Part shown: piece by piece, positions 62,195 to 64,000 of the stretch
How the letters are laid out: the number at the start of each line of letters is the position of its first letter
Numbering within the stretch: the first letter of the stretch is position 1
NCBI GenBank assembly: GCA_051294905.1
Contig: CM119374.1
Location: forward strand, 3,720,001-3,784,000
Source: Botryllus schlosseri
Taxonomy: Eukaryota
Direction of reading: 5' to 3'
Length of the DNA stretch: 64,000 nt
Position numbers and translations under genes: made by a program
Notes under the pieces: generated by a model
What the model was told of the DNA's origin: nothing
What the model saw: the letters and a program-made list of their open reading frames with translations, nothing else
Database searches by the model: none

Positions 62195-64000
62195 TTAATC
62201 CTGCTGTAAAATTTCGGCGGGAATCGGTCCTTTACACAGCACGACATCTGGATTCTGCGATTGTAACAGTTTGAGCCCTTTGTTTCTCAAGTCTTCAGCG
62301 TTCGTGCGCAGAGCCGTATTGCGCATTCTTGACTTTTCCGTTTTTGTCTTGCTCAGATGAATAAACCTCCTGTTCATTCGTTCAATGCCCAAAAGCTTAA
62401 TGTGCTTTGCATTTTCCTTGGTGGTCATATGGTATAATACCTCGCTCCTTTTGTATTCCTTATACGGAGGAGGTATTCCCTTTGTATGCCCATGTGCGGC
62501 GGCGAGTCCCCAGGCTGAAACTACAGCCCTGTCACACTTTCCCATGATGGAACTTATTTCCTCGATATCCATTGGTACACCGAGTTTCTCCCGAATTACG
62601 CGGCAGGTATCTTCCCAAGGATGGTACCCGTCAATTGCGTTATCGCAACTTTCGTGCCGGCAGTGAAACATCAATGCCCGTTGTATTCTCTCTCCGCGGG
62701 GCATTTTCAGCGCGTACCAAGGTTCTTCTCGCTTTGGGATTGTTGCCCAAACATGTGGGTCGTCGTCTCCCGCAGCCATCTCCATCCAATAAGATCGAGA
62801 CAATCCATCCGACGTGAATACTTGCAATGTGCTTAAATGGATTACCTCCTTTATTTGGAATCCCGAGAGGTGATTGAGCCATCTTTGAATCAAGGGTTTT
62901 GGGCTCGGATTCTTTGCCTTGTCCGTCATCCTTTTAAGGAGTCCAAACACCCCTGTGTTATCCGTGATTATCGTGAAGGGTAGGGCACGTAACATCGACT
63001 GCCACTTTTCCACCGAATCTTTTAGGGCTTTTAGTTCCTTTGTGCATGGGTCATAGGCTTTTGCCGCCGGAGTTACCCATTTCTGGCTGTAATAAGCGAT
63101 CGGGTACACTTCTTTAAACGGCGGTTTGCTTCCTTCCTCCGTCTGGAAGATCACTGACCCGAACCCTACATCTGACGCATCTGTTTCTACGAAAAGTGGG
63201 AGCTCCGGATCCAGATGGTACAAGACCCTGGCATTGTTGAGCGACGCCTGTGCCGTCTTGTAGTCTTGTACCAGTTCATTGGTCCAAAGTACTGGTGTTA
63301 CTCTGCCTTGTGTCGCAGGGACGTTACCGGTCAGCGCATCGAATTTAGCCAGTTTAAGGCTTAGCTCCGGGATATGCTCGGAGATGTAGCGGAGAGCGCC
63401 GATCCATCCCCGTAACTCATATATGTTATGGGGCGGTGAAAGTTCTCTCAGGGCCCTTATCCTTTCGGGCTGAACTTCGATTTCCTTTCCCGTCAGGGTT
63501 GCACCCAATAGGTTTACCCTCCGCTTTCCAATGAAGCATTTATTGACACTGACCGTCAATTTCATCTTGGCTAGTTGTTCAAATACCAGTCGTAGTAGTA
63601 CCAAATGGTCATCTACCGTTTTTGTGCTAAGGAAAATGTCGTCTATGTAGGCCTCCATAGGCGTTGCATTCTCCTCATCCGTCCGGCCATTTTGTTTCAT
63701 GTGATGTTGGTATTTTTCTATGATGGGTTTCACCACGCATTCTTGCATGTTTGCGCTCCATAGAGCAACTGCGGTCTTCAAACCCATCGGCATCTTGCGC
63801 CATCGCACGTGCATTCCTTTGATGGCTATACCCACGTATTGTTTAGACCTTTCCGTGACATCCATATGGAAATAGGCCTTCTTCAAATCTAGTAGTGAAA
63901 GTACTTCTCTGCCTTGGGCTAGTTGCTTTACATCTGGTACTAGCGGCGGAGGTACTTCTATCGATTTTATGGCTGCATTCAAGGGTTGGAGATTCTGTAC
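62195..64000 (-). CDS. Divergent Ty3/Gypsy-like RT + RNase H polyprotein with an integrase-relic C-terminus (open at the window edge)
   Basis: LDLKKAYF, MPMGL, YIDD; TDAS/KEL/TDN/DGLSR catalytic residues intact; ~200-aa tail without a canonical DDE core. Confidence 0.9.
   Translation of the reverse strand, partial: VQNLQPLNAAIKSIEVPPPLVPDVKQLAQGREVLSLLDLKKAYFHMDVTERSKQYVGIAIKGMHVRWRKMPMGLKTAVALWSANMQECVVKPIIEKYQHHMKQNGRTDEENATPMEAYIDDIFLSTKTVDDHLVLLRLVFEQLAKMKLTVSVNKCFIGKRRVNLLGATLTGKEIEVQPERIRALRELSPPHNIYELRGWIGALRYISEHIPELSLKLAKFDALTGNVPATQGRVTPVLWTNELVQDYKTAQASLNNARVLYHLDPELPLFVETDASDVGFGSVIFQTEEGSKPPFKEVYPIAYYSQKWVTPAAKAYDPCTKELKALKDSVEKWQSMLRALPFTIITDNTGVFGLLKRMTDKAKNPSPKPLIQRWLNHLSGFQIKEVIHLSTLQVFTSDGLSRSYWMEMAAGDDDPHVWATIPKREEPWYALKMPRGERIQRALMFHCRHESCDNAIDGYHPWEDTCRVIREKLGVPMDIEEISSIMGKCDRAVVSAWGLAAAHGHTKGIPPPYKEYKRSEVLYHMTTKENAKHIKLLGIERMNRRFIHLSKTKTEKSRMRNTALRTNAEDLRNKGLKLLQSQNPDVVLCKGPIPAEILQQD

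Noticed and set aside
1-64000. tRNA, rRNA, snRNA genes or bacterial/phage contamination
   Set aside because: No cloverleaf, rRNA or snRNA signatures and no operon-like dense coding seen; spliceosomal introns occur throughout.

Overview
AT-rich, intron-containing animal genomic DNA (invertebrate; a tunicate-like deuterostome is only a guess). There are no prokaryotic operons, CRISPR arrays, rRNA or tRNA genes. (1) 28-12367 (+): the last 11 coding exons (460 aa in frame) of a tandem-domain receptor-type protein tyrosine phosphatase, with an active D1, a degenerate D2 and a tail carrying three Y-x-N motifs. (2) 13.7-24.8 kb: a decayed Buster-type hAT transposase and a complete but decayed ISL2EU/Harbinger-like element riddled with nested hAT MITEs. 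(3) 25.2-28.7 kb: a 3.5-kb palindromic Penelope-like retroelement with ~1.32-kb inverted arms, each ending in an intact minimal hammerhead ribozyme. It sits in the 3' UTR of an older Penelope-like copy, and degenerate ribozyme-bearing ends occur elsewhere, including a 237-bp foldback miniature at 3074-3310. (4) 33.2-55.6 kb: a tandem segmental duplication carrying two paralogs of an unrecognised ~193-aa four-TM gene; each copy has its own TE insertions (LINE+MITE, a 1.7-kb hAT element, a 7.1-kb CMC/EnSpm-like element). (5) 56077-60618: a young but disabled Ty3/Gypsy LTR element whose gag zinc knuckle is split by a MITE. (6) 62195 to the window edge (-): an open, divergent RT-RNase H ORF whose integrase appears to be only a relic. 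All calls are from manual reading and translation; no database searches were run.
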